From Pseudomonadota bacterium (lineage in GTDB: Bacteria; Verrucomicrobiota; Verrucomicrobiia; Limisphaerales; SXTU01): a DNA stretch of 64,000 nt. Positions 28,419 to 38,748 of the stretch are shown one piece after another. The stretch spans positions 13,069 to 77,068 of the forward strand of contig RFVF01000003.1 in assembly GCA_009922615.1 (NCBI GenBank), given 5' to 3'. The position numbers were made by a program, and so were the translations under genes. Position 1 is the stretch's first letter; each line of letters starts with the position of its first letter. The notes beneath the pieces were generated by a model. The model made no database searches. It saw only the letters and a program-made list of their open reading frames with translations, and was not told the origin of the DNA.

Positions 28419-29915
28419 TCAGCTCTCCTGGCGGTGAAGGTTGAACGCGGTCCACGCCCGCTGCGCTGGCTGGAAGAGGCCTTCGCCCATCAGCTTGAGC
28501 GCGGCGGCGGCGGCCAGTGCGGCGCAAAGCACGGCCGCTCCCAGTCGTTCGGCCAGCGGCATTCCTTCGCACATCGGCAGGGCAAACCAAAGGACCGTGC
28601 CCACGCCCAGCGTCAAGCCCACTGGCCGGAACAGCAACGGCGGCAGGCCCCAGCCGAACTCGTGGAAATTGTGCCGTTGCAGCAGCAACGCGAGGAGGAG
28701 TTCCGTCGCGAGCCACGCGCCGAGCAGGCCCGGCTCGCGCCAGAGTTGCGTCAGCCCCAGCCCCGCCGCCGACATGGCGAGATAGCCGAGGCTGATGAGC
28801 ACGGTCGCGCGTTCGTGACGGTTGGTGGCTAGCGGCAGGGAGTTGCGCTGATCCTTCAAGATGGTTGCCAGCGTGAACGCCGCGAGCAACGCCAGCAGGC
28901 CAGTGGACGGCGTGACGCGCCCATGCAGCCAGTGCTGCATGAGCCACGGACTCAGCAGCGCGCTGCCCGCGACGAGCGCGCTGCCGCCGGCCAGCGCCAC
29001 GACTTCGCTGAAGCGGTAGAGCTGGCGCAAGGGCGCGGGGTCCGGGTTGCCGAGCGCGCGGGGCAGTTCCTGTTGCACGGCCAATTGTATAGGCGTCAAC
29101 AACTGCCGCGCGGCCGAGAAAAGTGTGCGCGTCGTGGCAAAGGTCACGACGGCGACCGGCCCGAGCGTCCATTGCAGAATCAGCAGCGGCGCTTCGTAGA
29201 GCACGAGAAAGTTCAGCGTCGTGAGGCCGAAGAAGAGACTGGGACGAAACATTTGGCGGGCTTCGCGAGCGTCCCATTCCTGCATGGTCGGAAAGGCCAG
29301 GCTGCGCCGCGCGTCCCACAGTCCCAGACCGATGGCGACCAGCACGCAAGCGACGTGGGCGGCGGCCAGCCAGAGCAGGCCGCTGCGCGTGTGCAACAGC
29401 AGGAGCGCGCTGCCCAGGAGCAACACTTTCTGCAAGTTGTCCCAGTGCTGCGCGCGGTGCGGTCGCCCCGTGGCCCGCAGGCCGGCCGCGAGCTGGCCTT
29501 GCAACAGGCGCAACAAAACCCAGGCCCCGAGCAGGAGCAGCACGAGCCGCGCTTCCGGCGCGGGCCAATCCAAGCGCAGCCAGCGTTCGATCGGAAACCA
29601 CTGGGCGACCAGCAGCACCAACAGACCTCCGCCTGCCAGCCCGAGCGCCGTCAGCAGTCCGGTGGATTGGAGTCGCCGGAAGGCCGCGTGGTCTCCGGCT
29701 TCGTGCAACATGGTGAGCCGGTTGATGAGGTATGTTTGCAGCCCGAAATCAAGGTTCGCCATCTGCCCCGCCGCCGCCATCACCACGAGCCAGGCGCCGT
29801 AACCTTCCAGGCCGTAGTGCTGAAGGAAGGCCATCGGGACCAGCCACTGATGCGCGACGTTGACGCCTTGCCCGAGCGCAAGGCTGAAGGAGTGCTGGAG
29901 CAGACGACGCCACAT
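28419..29915 (-). CDS. Wzx-like oligosaccharide flippase (MOP superfamily)
   Basis: About 12-14 TM segments, 498 aa, located between the glycosyltransferases and Wzc. Confidence 0.6.
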   Translation of the reverse strand: MWRRLLQHSFSLALGQGVNVAHQWLVPMAFLQHYGLEGYGAWLVVMAAAGQMANLDFGLQTYLINRLTMLHEAGDHAAFRRLQSTGLLTALGLAGGGLLVLLVAQWFPIERWLRLDWPAPEARLVLLLLGAWVLLRLLQGQLAAGLRATGRPHRAQHWDNLQKVLLLGSALLLLHTRSGLLWLAAAHVACVLVAIGLGLWDARRSLAFPTMQEWDAREARQMFRPSLFFGLTTLNFLVLYEAPLLILQWTLGPVAVVTFATTRTLFSAARQLLTPIQLAVQQELPRALGNPDPAPLRQLYRFSEVVALAGGSALVAGSALLSPWLMQHWLHGRVTPSTGLLALLAAFTLATILKDQRNSLPLATNRHERATVLISLGYLAMSAAGLGLTQLWREPGLLGAWLATELLLALLLQRHNFHEFGWGLPPLLFRPVGLTLGVGTVLWFALPMCEGMPLAERLGAAVLCAALAAAAALKLMGEGLFQPAQRAWTAFNLHRQES

Positions 29916-29935
29916 GACTCGGAGCCCGCCGTCTA

Positions 29936-32038
29936 CTAGGCGCGGACGGCTTTGGACTTCTCTGCCGGGCGGGAGCGCACGCCGTAGGTTTTGTAGCCGT
30001 ATTGGTAGTAGACGTCGGACACGGCATCGGCGCGGTTGAAGACGAGGCCGAGGACTTTGGCGCGGCGTTGGTAAAGCATCTCCAACGCCTGCGTGAGCAC
30101 GCCCGCGCGGCTGTAGCGGCGGCGCACGACGATGAACACGCCGTCCATCTGCGGCGCGAGCGTCACGGCGTCCGCGCCGGCGAACACCGGGGCGCTGTCG
30201 AAGATCACGTAGTCAAAGGACGTGGCCCATTCCTTGAGCTGCTGGCACTGAGCAGGGTTCAGGTAGAAGGAGTGAGGCAGCTCGTTCATCTGTCCACGCG
30301 GAATCAGGTGCAGGTTCGGATGCGCGACGGAGGTGACGACTTTTTCAAACGGCAGCGCTTGCGTGAAGAGTTCGACCAAGCCGGGCGCGACCGGGGCGCC
30401 GAAGGTCTGGTGCAACGCGCCGCGCGTCAGGTCCGTATCAATGAGCAGCACGCGTGAACCGGCGAGGGCCATCGTCATCGCCAGGTTCGCCGCGATGGTG
30501 GACTTGCCTTCGTCCGGCACGGCACTGGTAACCAGGAGGTATTTGGGCGCGCGGCCGTTGCCATCGCGGAACTGGAGGGCGGAGTAAACGTGTCGGATGC
30601 TTTCGGCGAATATGGAGCGCTCGTCGTTCGCGCTGATGGGCTTGAGCGGTCGCCGCCGCGAGACACCGGGCACCTGCGGCACTTGCGCCACGACAGTTTC
30701 TTCAAACTGCTCCTTTAGTTCGTTGAGGCTCGAGAGGCGGTCGTCGCTGCGCTCCCAGATCACCAACAGGCCAAATCCTAACATCAGGCCGACCGTCGCG
30801 GCGACGGCGAGCTTGAGAGGCAGTTGGTTCAAGGCGATGGCGAGCGTGGCGCGTTCAAGTGCAACAATGCTTTCCGGCTCAAGGTTCTTGTTCACGTCCA
30901 CGTTCTGGAGCAGACGCAGCAGGTGGTCGTAGAGGGCCTGCGAACGCGCAACGGTGGCTCTCAGTTGGTCGAAGTCGGCCATGCGGGTGTTGGCTTCGAG
31001 CACCTTGGCTTCCCACGTTAGGATAGAGGATTCCACGCTGGTGATCCGCAGCGCCACCGAGCGGCGCGCGGACTCCAACTGGTCGCGGCTCTGCTGATGG
31101 TAGACCTCGATGAGTTTGTCCACGCGCGCGATGTCTTCGGCCAGCTTCACCAGCTTCGGATGCTCGGGGCGCATGAACTGTCCCCACTCGTCGCGCTGGA
31201 ACTTGAGCAACTGCACTTGCTGCTTGGCTGTGAGGTAATCGGCCGGTGGAAGGATGCCGGCTGTGGTGGAGTCGTTGACCACCTTGGAGTCGCTGCCGCG
31301 GGCCTTGATCTGGTTGGCGACATTTTCCTCGGCAGTGAGCGCGGCGAGCACTTTCTCTTCGACCTGAAGGTCGGAAAGTTGCGTGGTGAGGCGCGCAAGG
31401 TAATTGCCGGCGGCCGAGCCCATTTCTTGCAGGAGCGCGACGTTGTTGGCTTTTTTGAACTGGTGTAGTTTCTCTTGCTCGCCCTTCAACTCCTTCTCCT
31501 GCTGCAGCAACTTGGCCGTCAGCGAGGCCAGCGTGTCGTCAGAAGCGACCACGCGCATCTCCTTCTTGTAGGCTAGATACTCGTCCACGAGCGCGTTCAA
31601 AAATGCCTGCGCGTAGGCCCCGTCCAGGCTGGTGGCTTTGAGTTGGAAGATGGAGGTGCGCCGGATTTGCGTGACCTGCAATTGGACTGCGGCACGGTTG
31701 AGATCGGGCTGGGCGGCCTTCACGGCGGCGTGTGCGCGCTCCTTGATTTTCTCGCTCTGCATCAGCTCGATCTGCGTGCCGAAGAAATTCATCGCTTCCT
31801 CGGAGAAGAGGCCGCCTTCGGGGAGCTTCACCTTGCCGCCGACCATCAATCGGGCGAAGGAGCTGTATTCCGTGGGCTCGTTGAGGGCCACATAGGCTTG
31901 GCCGCCAACGCAAGCGATGATCGTAAGCGCCACCAGCCACCATTTCCGCGCGACGAAGCGTAGGTAGCGGTCAACGCGAGAAACTTGGGGGGATTCCGTC
32001 AAAGTTTCGAAGGGGTCGCTGCCGTTTCGATTGGTCAT
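29936..32038 (-). CDS. polysaccharide co-polymerase / BY-kinase (Wzc/GumC-like tyrosine autokinase)
   Basis: N-terminal Wzz-type TM plus a long coiled-coil periplasmic region. Walker A SAVPDEGKST, A' VLLIDTDLTRG, Walker B YVIFDSAP. C-terminal Tyr cluster VYYQYGYKTYG. Confidence 0.85.
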   Translation of the reverse strand: MTNRNGSDPFETLTESPQVSRVDRYLRFVARKWWLVALTIIACVGGQAYVALNEPTEYSSFARLMVGGKVKLPEGGLFSEEAMNFFGTQIELMQSEKIKERAHAAVKAAQPDLNRAAVQLQVTQIRRTSIFQLKATSLDGAYAQAFLNALVDEYLAYKKEMRVVASDDTLASLTAKLLQQEKELKGEQEKLHQFKKANNVALLQEMGSAAGNYLARLTTQLSDLQVEEKVLAALTAEENVANQIKARGSDSKVVNDSTTAGILPPADYLTAKQQVQLLKFQRDEWGQFMRPEHPKLVKLAEDIARVDKLIEVYHQQSRDQLESARRSVALRITSVESSILTWEAKVLEANTRMADFDQLRATVARSQALYDHLLRLLQNVDVNKNLEPESIVALERATLAIALNQLPLKLAVAATVGLMLGFGLLVIWERSDDRLSSLNELKEQFEETVVAQVPQVPGVSRRRPLKPISANDERSIFAESIRHVYSALQFRDGNGRAPKYLLVTSAVPDEGKSTIAANLAMTMALAGSRVLLIDTDLTRGALHQTFGAPVAPGLVELFTQALPFEKVVTSVAHPNLHLIPRGQMNELPHSFYLNPAQCQQLKEWATSFDYVIFDSAPVFAGADAVTLAPQMDGVFIVVRRRYSRAGVLTQALEMLYQRRAKVLGLVFNRADAVSDVYYQYGYKTYGVRSRPAEKSKAVRA

Positions 32039-32044
32039 GATGGC

Positions 32045-32731
32045 TTAAAAGTTCACCAACCGCGCCGGCACGAACACCAGATCGCCGCTCTGCAACGGCA
32101 GGTCCTTGTCCATCTTGCCCTTCTCGATGATCTCCGACACATCCACGGTGAAGGTCTCCGGCTCCTGGCCGACGGCGCGTTTACGCGTGACCTTGACGTG
32201 CTTCTTGTCGGCAAAGTCCGTGAACCCGCCCGCGCGCAAGATCACCTTGGTGAGCGTGAGCGCTTCATCGCTGGGAATCTCCTGTGGCCCGGAAGTGCGA
32301 AGCTGGCCGACCAAATAGATTTTGCCGCGATTCTTGCTGAAGAGGTCCACGCCCAGAATCACGGTGGCCTTATAATAATATTTTTGTTCGAGCCGGGCTT
32401 TGATTTCCTTGGCCAACGATTGGCAGGTCTTGTCCGCCGCCGACACGCGCCCGATGTAGGGGACTTCCAATTCGCCGGTGTCCGAGATGGTCAGGGGGCG
32501 GGGTTCGTCCTTGTCCTCCACGATGCGAAAGCTCAGGCGGTCGCCGTTGGAGAGCTTTTGCTTGTCGTCCAGCGAGTCCATGTTGAACGAAGCAGTGGTC
32601 GAAGAGTCGTTGGTGCCCGCCGTCCCGTCCGCCGCGCGCAAAATCTCCCCCGAGATCAGGCAGCAGGCGAGCGTTCCCAGCCGCAGCCAGCGGGGACAGG
32701 CGAGGGCGGGTCGTGTCGTCGTTTTCATCAC
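32045..32731 (-). CDS. polysaccharide export protein (Wza-type, Poly_export + SLBB)
   Basis: NGDRLSFRIVEDKD...TISDTGELEVPYIGRV and LQSGDLVFVP match the Poly_export/SLBB pattern. Confidence 0.8.
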   Translation of the reverse strand: MMKTTTRPALACPRWLRLGTLACCLISGEILRAADGTAGTNDSSTTASFNMDSLDDKQKLSNGDRLSFRIVEDKDEPRPLTISDTGELEVPYIGRVSAADKTCQSLAKEIKARLEQKYYYKATVILGVDLFSKNRGKIYLVGQLRTSGPQEIPSDEALTLTKVILRAGGFTDFADKKHVKVTRKRAVGQEPETFTVDVSEIIEKGKMDKDLPLQSGDLVFVPARLVNF

Positions 32732-32815
32732 AGAACCGATACTGGCCCGCCTACGTGTCGGACAGATGACTGTTAGGTGTCGTTTCCGTGAAACGCGCTA
32801 AGATTCAAGTCGGCT

Positions 32816-34047
32816 TTAAAACCGGTAGCTCAAGTCCACTGTCACGCTGTTTTGCCGGTAGCTGCGCAGCGCGAGGTCGGAGTCCTTCAAGGTGAACGAG
32901 TAGCCGAGGCCGCCCCGCAGCCGCTCCGACAACTGCCGCGTTAAGGCGGCACCGCAGCCGAAGCGGTCGTAGCTTTCTCCGCCAGCCGCTTTCAATTCCC
33001 GACCGTTCTCGTAGAAGAAGCGCGGGCTCAACGAAGTCTGCTGCGTCACCTTGAAGTCCATCTGGTAACGCACCGACCACACTTCGATGACGTCGGAAGC
33101 GATCCCTTGTTGCAACTCCCGGCTCGCCCGCAAGGTGTGGCCGAACTCCTGCCCGAGCCGGTGTTCCGCTGACAAACCGAAGTAATACGATTGCTGGCTC
33201 GGTGTCTGCCCCACCGTGCCGCCGGAATCAAAATCGTAGAGGCTCAGGCCGGCCTCGGCGCTCACCTTGAGCCGCTGCGTCACGGCCAGCGCGGCATCCA
33301 AGCCCACGCTGTAGCGTCGTTGAGAAAATTCTGATCGTAGTGTGTGAACCCCGCCGTGGCCGAAAGACCGACGGAGAGAGTGCGGTTGAACTGTAACGTC
33401 CCGTGCGCGGCCACCGTCTCCGCCGCGTTATCGAGCTGCTCGAATTGCCGCGTGCTGCTCAGGAACGAGACGTGGTCATAACCTAGGCTCAGGATCAACT
33501 CGTTGAAATCGCCGATGAGCCGCGTTCCCGCGCGGTTGTTGAAGCCGCCGAAAGCCGCCGAGCCGCTGACGCTGCCGACTGCGACCGGGTCCTGCGTGTA
33601 GGAGAATTGATCGTGGAAGTTCAGCAGGAAGTCGCCGAGATACAGGTCCATCGCCAGCTCCGAGCCGGGCGTGATGAGCACCCGGTTGTATTCGGAATGC
33701 TGGACATAAAGCGCAGGGCTGACGCCGACCGAGAGGTTCAGCGAGTTGATCGTCGTGACTGGAAAGTAAGAGCGCAGTTGCACCTGCGGCCGAACGATCA
33801 AGTCCCGCTGCCGGCCCGTATCGGCGAGGTTGATGTTGTCGTTGGCTTCGAGGTTAAGGCCCGTTTCGATCTGCGCCTTCAGCCGCTCGTAACGGAAGCT
33901 ATACGGAGCAGCATCCAACGCCGCGCGCTTGGCCAGCGCGGATTCTTCACCGGCGATGGAGTAACGCGGTGCCTCCTGGGCCAACGCTGGTCCGGCCACT
34001 CCGCCGATAACTCCGAGAACAGCGGCTAGGTGCGACAACGGGCGCAT
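32816..34047 (-). pseudogene. outer-membrane beta-barrel protein of the EPS locus, split by a frameshift near 33307-33330
   Basis: ORF 33280..34308 (true start ATG 34047, MRPLSHLAAVLGVIGGVAGPALAQ) and ORF 32816..33307 are consecutive halves in different frames. Both show alternating beta-strand patterns. The second ends ...VTVDLSYRF, with the C-terminal aromatic residue typical of OMPs. Confidence 0.7.
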
Positions 34048-34306
34048 CCGGCTCGCGGGGGAAATTGCGCTGCCGATTTCAGGGTTCACGCTCAGGTAAT
34101 TTTTCACAATTGGGCTCAGAAAGAGTCCCCAAGCATCCCTCACTTTCTTCGCAGCGAACAAGCGACATTCCGGTGACGCCGTAGCCAACTTGTGACATTG
34201 CCCCGCTTTCACCGCACCTTGCGATGCGTTATATGAGCGGTTGTGTTCTGTCCGCGTTCCGTCGCCAACGCTCCCGTCGCCCACCCCGGCGGCGCGCTTT
34301 CCTGAC

Positions 34307-35698
34307 ATGGTTTCTCATCGCACCCGGGGCGTGTATTTGCTGTGCGTGTATGGGCATCTGCTGTTGTCGCAGGCTTGTTTCTGGATGCTGGCTGGCGTGT
34401 TTCACTTGAGCGGCATCATCACGCTGGTGGGTTCCGAAACGCCGCCGCATTTTCTCTACAGCGAAATTCTTTCCATCGGCGTGGTCTGGGCGATGACCTT
34501 CATCCGCGAGCGCAACCAGTTGATCACCTCCGACAGTCGTCTCGCCCATCACTTCGCGTTGAAACAAGTGGCGACTGCTTACGCCCTGCTGTTCCTCTAT
34601 CTGGCCGCCACGAAAGACACCGGCATCAGCCGGCTGTTAATGTTCTCGCTGCTTCCCGCGCTCTACCTCACGCTGCTGGTCGCCAACACCTGGTTGCCCG
34701 GCTTCATCAGCCGCCAGATGTTCCGCGGCGAACGCGCCGAACGAATTCTGCTTGCGGGCAGCAGCGCGAGCGCGCGGCGCTTGGACCAATGGCTCCAACG
34801 CAAAGGTCTGGTCGGCTACCAATCTATTGGGCGACTCGACGATTATCCCACCGGTCCCGAAGTGCTCGGACCGCTGGCCGATTTGGAAGCCGTCGTCCTC
34901 CGCCACCGCGTCACCCAACTCATCGTCACCGAGTTGGTCATGCCGACGGGCTTTCTCGCTGAAGCCACGGGCATTTGCGAGCGACACGGCATCCGCCTCC
35001 TAGCCGTCAGCGACGTGGACGATCAATTTCACCACCCGGTGATGCTGCTAGAAGACGACGGCGTGCGGTTTTTCACCTTGCGCGATGAACCATTGGAGAA
35101 CCCGCTCAACCGCATCTTTAAACGCGCCTTTGACATAGCCCTCGCCACGCCCGTGACCGTGCTTATTTTGCCCATCACCCACCTGCTGGTCTGGGGGCTG
35201 CAACGATGGCAGTCTCCCGGTCCCGTCTACTTCACCCAGACACGCGCCGGCATGAAAAACCGGCCCTTTACCATCTATAAATACCGCTCCATGCGGCTGG
35301 ACAACCCGGACGAAACCCGCCAAGCCACCATCAACGATGACCGCGTATTTCCGGCCGGGCGCTGGCTACGCAAACTGAGCTTGGACGAGCTGCCGCAATT
35401 CTACAACGTGCTGCGCGGCGACATGAGCGTCGTCGGACCGCGCCCGCACATGATCCAGCACAACGCCCTCTTCGCGCAGGCCCTGAAGAACTACCAAGTG
35501 CGCACCATCGCCAAGCCCGGTATCACCGGCCTGGCGCAAGTGCGCGGCCTGCGCGGCGAGACCAGCACCCCGGAAGCCATCGCCGCCCGCGTGACCGCCG
35601 ACGTGGAGTATCTCGAAAATTGGTCGTTCGCCGGCGACTGCCTGATCGTGCTGCGCACCTTCCTGCACATAGCCTCGCCCCCAAAGCGGGCCGTATAG
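34307..35698 (+). CDS. polyprenyl-phosphate hexose-1-phosphate transferase (WcaJ/EpsB-type priming sugar transferase)
   Basis: ORF 34241..35698, ATG 34307. TM N-terminus. KRAFDIALA, PGPVYFTQTRAGMKNRPFTIYKYRSM, DELPQFYNVLRGDMSVVGPRP and TGLAQV are canonical Bac_transf motifs. Confidence 0.9.
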   Translation: MVSHRTRGVYLLCVYGHLLLSQACFWMLAGVFHLSGIITLVGSETPPHFLYSEILSIGVVWAMTFIRERNQLITSDSRLAHHFALKQVATAYALLFLYLAATKDTGISRLLMFSLLPALYLTLLVANTWLPGFISRQMFRGERAERILLAGSSASARRLDQWLQRKGLVGYQSIGRLDDYPTGPEVLGPLADLEAVVLRHRVTQLIVTELVMPTGFLAEATGICERHGIRLLAVSDVDDQFHHPVMLLEDDGVRFFTLRDEPLENPLNRIFKRAFDIALATPVTVLILPITHLLVWGLQRWQSPGPVYFTQTRAGMKNRPFTIYKYRSMRLDNPDETRQATINDDRVFPAGRWLRKLSLDELPQFYNVLRGDMSVVGPRPHMIQHNALFAQALKNYQVRTIAKPGITGLAQVRGLRGETSTPEAIAARVTADVEYLENWSFAGDCLIVLRTFLHIASPPKRAV

Positions 35699-35968
35699 CT
35701 TGGACGCTCTCAAACTTCAGATCGCACCAGAGGAGCAGCGCACCCGCGAAAACCCGGCGGCTCGCACGACCGACCTGCTCAAGCAGGTCTTTGGCGCGGT
35801 CAAGAAGCAGTGAGCCGTCGCCGGACCTGCGATGCTGGAAAAGCTGCGGCGTGTTTGGGGCTACAAGGAGAGTAGTCTCTGCCGCCGCCCACCTCGCCCG
35901 GCCAACATCATCCACCCCACCATCTGAGCCTGGTCGTCGGCCGCTCCGCGTGCTAGGCTGCGACCACT

Positions 35969-36901
35969 ATGGATCAACAGAGAGTCCGCGAACTCGTTGC
36001 GCTGCTTCCGCCGGGCGCCACGTATCCCGCCCACCCGCGCCGCAGTCCTTTTCAAGCCCGTCCGAGCGCGTCCGAACGCTTCGCGCTGGCTCTGCATGAC
36101 CCGGCCTTCGGCTGGCACTTCGTTCAGGAGCACCTCCGGCTGCGGCGCTGGCTGCCCGACACCATCCACGAATGGGAACTGCTGCAATGCTTCCTGACGC
36201 AGTGGTTGAAAGTGACCGATCCGCTGATGCTGGAGGTCGAGTCCTTCCGCAGCGAAGTGCGCCGCCAAGAGCGGGATCTTTTGGAGGCGCTGCTGCTGGC
36301 CAGAAGCGTCACCCTGGGAGATATCGCTGGCCACCTGCACACCACCGAGGAAGTTGTCGAGGCGTATGCCTGCTTATTCTGGAACGTGCGCGACCGCCTC
36401 GACGAGCGCGGCTACCTCAACACGCTGCTCTACCCGGCCGGTTGGCAGGCCGCCATGCGCGACGCGCAACCCAATGCCATCGGCGACCGTCTCCGTCTGC
36501 TCCGGGCCGGCGCGCAGAACGACGTGGAGGAAGTCCTGGCCTTGGCGGGTTACCAGCCAGGCAGCAAAGGTGGGGTGTTGACCGAGGACAGCGGCGAGGT
36601 GGAACGGCGGATGCAACAGGACGCCCAGCGGCGGATGCGGGCTGGCTGTCGCATGGAGGATCAGGTTGTCCGCGCAGTTCATACGGCCGCCGTCCGGCGG
36701 AAGGAAATTGCCCTGACCGAGGACGAGTTGGCCTTGCACAAGATCAATGCCGTGTCGCCCGCCCTGGAAGAGATCAGAAAATACAACGGGTTAAAGGGGC
36801 TGCCACCGCCGGATTACCGCGAGCTCATCGGGCGTGCCCGGGCGAACGCGGCCCCGGTGATCCGGGAGCTGCTTCCCCACGGCGACGGGAGCGGAAACTG
36901 A
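35969..36901 (+). CDS. hypothetical protein (element-borne, the only plus-strand gene)
   Basis: 310-aa ORF with good coding-like composition. No family recognised. Confidence 0.55.
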   Translation: MDQQRVRELVALLPPGATYPAHPRRSPFQARPSASERFALALHDPAFGWHFVQEHLRLRRWLPDTIHEWELLQCFLTQWLKVTDPLMLEVESFRSEVRRQERDLLEALLLARSVTLGDIAGHLHTTEEVVEAYACLFWNVRDRLDERGYLNTLLYPAGWQAAMRDAQPNAIGDRLRLLRAGAQNDVEEVLALAGYQPGSKGGVLTEDSGEVERRMQQDAQRRMRAGCRMEDQVVRAVHTAAVRRKEIALTEDELALHKINAVSPALEEIRKYNGLKGLPPPDYRELIGRARANAAPVIRELLPHGDGSGN

Positions 36902-36921
36902 GGATGACCGGCCGCGCCGGC

Positions 36922-37407
36922 TCACTCCCCACCGACCGGACATTCCGGCGCGCTCGCAGAAAGCACAGGCGGCAGGCCGGTCAACGGCAGGTTCACTGGC
37001 AACAAATAATCATTGGTGACTAGCGCGTCTTCCGGCTCGGTTACCAGCTCCAGCCTCAGGCCATTCGCCGACGGCACCAATCGAATCGCTTGCTCCGCTG
37101 CAGGCGTGGCCACCGGCGTGGCCGGCGGCTCCGACTGCGGCTGCACGAGCTGCGCGAGGAACTGGTTCAACCCGCGCACGGCATCAGCTTCTGCGTCTTG
37201 GATGAGCCGATGTAACTGGCCGGGCAGCGACGCCAGGGCCGCAGGGCTGGCCGCAAAGGTCTGGTCGCGGCCGGCTTCAATGACACGCGCGCTCTTGCGC
37301 GCGTCCGCGAGGATGACCAACACGGAGATCGAGATTGGCCGGGAGTCATCCTCCCTTGGAGGCGTTTGTTCAGCGCCGTTTGAGCTTACGGAATTGGGTG
37401 TGTTCAT
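36922..37407 (-). CDS. hypothetical protein
   Basis: 161-aa ORF, last gene of the minus-strand element operon. No family recognised. Confidence 0.5.
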   Translation of the reverse strand: MNTPNSVSSNGAEQTPPREDDSRPISISVLVILADARKSARVIEAGRDQTFAASPAALASLPGQLHRLIQDAEADAVRGLNQFLAQLVQPQSEPPATPVATPAAEQAIRLVPSANGLRLELVTEPEDALVTNDYLLPVNLPLTGLPPVLSASAPECPVGGE

Positions 37408-37435
37408 AGTGTTGTCAGACTTGTCAGTTGAGGGG

Positions 37436-38748
37436 TCAGACCGTCACGAGTCGCCGAAGCTGGTGTTCTGCGAGCGAAAACATTCCGCCGGGCAGTTCGA
37501 CCACGAAGCCCTCCGCGACCAATCTTTCGAGAACGGGCCACCATCGGTCCGTTGATTGACCCGGCAGAGCACGGTAGAGAGTTCTAAAATCCACCTCACC
37601 CAACTGCTTGAGCTTGGCCAGCAGGCGCTGCCGGTCCGCCAGCTGCCCGGCTTCCCTGAGTTCACGTTCGGCGGCCTCGTGGAGGCCCAACATCGCGCGA
37701 CCGAAGCTGCGGGCGAGTGCAATGCCCGCCTGCGCATGGGTCGCCAGAAGCGGCTCCCCCACGTCATCACCTGCCAGATGCAGCACGAGAGCGAGGCGGC
37801 GGGCCATCGTTGGCCAGCCATAGACGACCGCCTCGACCGCCCAGGCCAGAGGGGGTCCGGCGCGAGCAGTTCCGTGTGGAACGCGTTGAAGAGTCGGCTG
37901 GCCTCGGGGCTGACCTTGACCCCCAGCGGAGACGGGTCACCACGCCGCGCAAAGACGCGGCGCAGCAAGTCGGCCCAGCGTTCGGCGAGGGCGGTTGGCA
38001 GTGTTGGGTCGGCTGGCCAGCGCGTCGGACGAGGGCCGGCGTCCACGACGAGAAACCGCGTGCTGAGGTCGGCGGAGAGTCCGGTGAGAAATTCCCTGCC
38101 AGCCGGCGCATCTGCCTGGGCTTCGATGAGCACGTTGACGACTTCCCGGCGAGGCACCCCCTGCTTCGGCACCTTCGCCCGTCCGGCGAGGAGTTGCTGG
38201 AAGATGCGCCACCGTGAACCATTGTTATCGGCTTGGAGGTCTGGCAAAAACCGCCCAAATGAGCCGGCGTCGAGCGCCACGAGCACCGAGCCATCGAAGC
38301 TACGGGGCAGCGCGGCTTGCAGCTCATCGAAGGTGGGCGCGGTCAGCAGCACCACGGGTTGCTGGCGTGCCCGGACCTCGGCCGGGTTGGTGTGACTGCC
38401 CGACAGTAGAAGTGATGGCGGCTCCTCGCCGGCCAGAGCCCACAGCTGGTTCTGCACCGCGACCAGCGGACCTAGGAGTGCCTGCCGTGCCAGCGCGACG
38501 GTGGAGCCGGGTGGGGTGACGACCAGCGCGCTCAGCTCCGCCGCCAGCGGCGCGGTGGCACCTTCCACCAGTTGTGCCGCCGGCCCTGTGGCCGCTGACA
38601 GCACTTGAAGCACGAGCGCGTTGCCTACCGGGACAGGCAGTTCGAGTCGGTCGTCCAGACAGCCGACGAGAGCGCCTAGGAGACCCGGCAGCGGTGCTGG
38701 GACGGCAGGCAGGTTGGCGGTCGCCACTGAGAGCGACGGGTTAATCAT
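37436..38748 (-). pseudogene. DUF3987 (YfjI)-like replication-associated protein, frame broken at a G-run near 37838-37843
   Basis: N-terminus LPAVPAPLPGLLGALVGCL...LELPVPVGNALVLQVLSAATG...LSALVVTPPGSTVAL fits the DUF3987 pattern. After ...ELLAPDPLWPG the 434-aa ORF turns to junk, while the other frame continues AVEAVVYGWPTMARRLALVLHLAGDD... (ORF 37436..37807). Confidence 0.6.

Noticed and set aside
35700-35813. 37-codon ORF (TTG start, LDALKLQIAPEEQRTRENPAARTTDLLKQVFGAVKKQ) directly after the sugar transferase stop.
   Set aside because: GC3 is coding-like (about 78%), but the ORF is short, has a non-ATG start and shows no recognisable homology. The evidence is insufficient.
35881-35906. Possible attL/attR pair: 35881-35906 against 47323-47356.
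   Set aside because: The match is patchy (gccgcc...acct...cccggcc) in GC-rich DNA and is indistinguishable from chance by eye.
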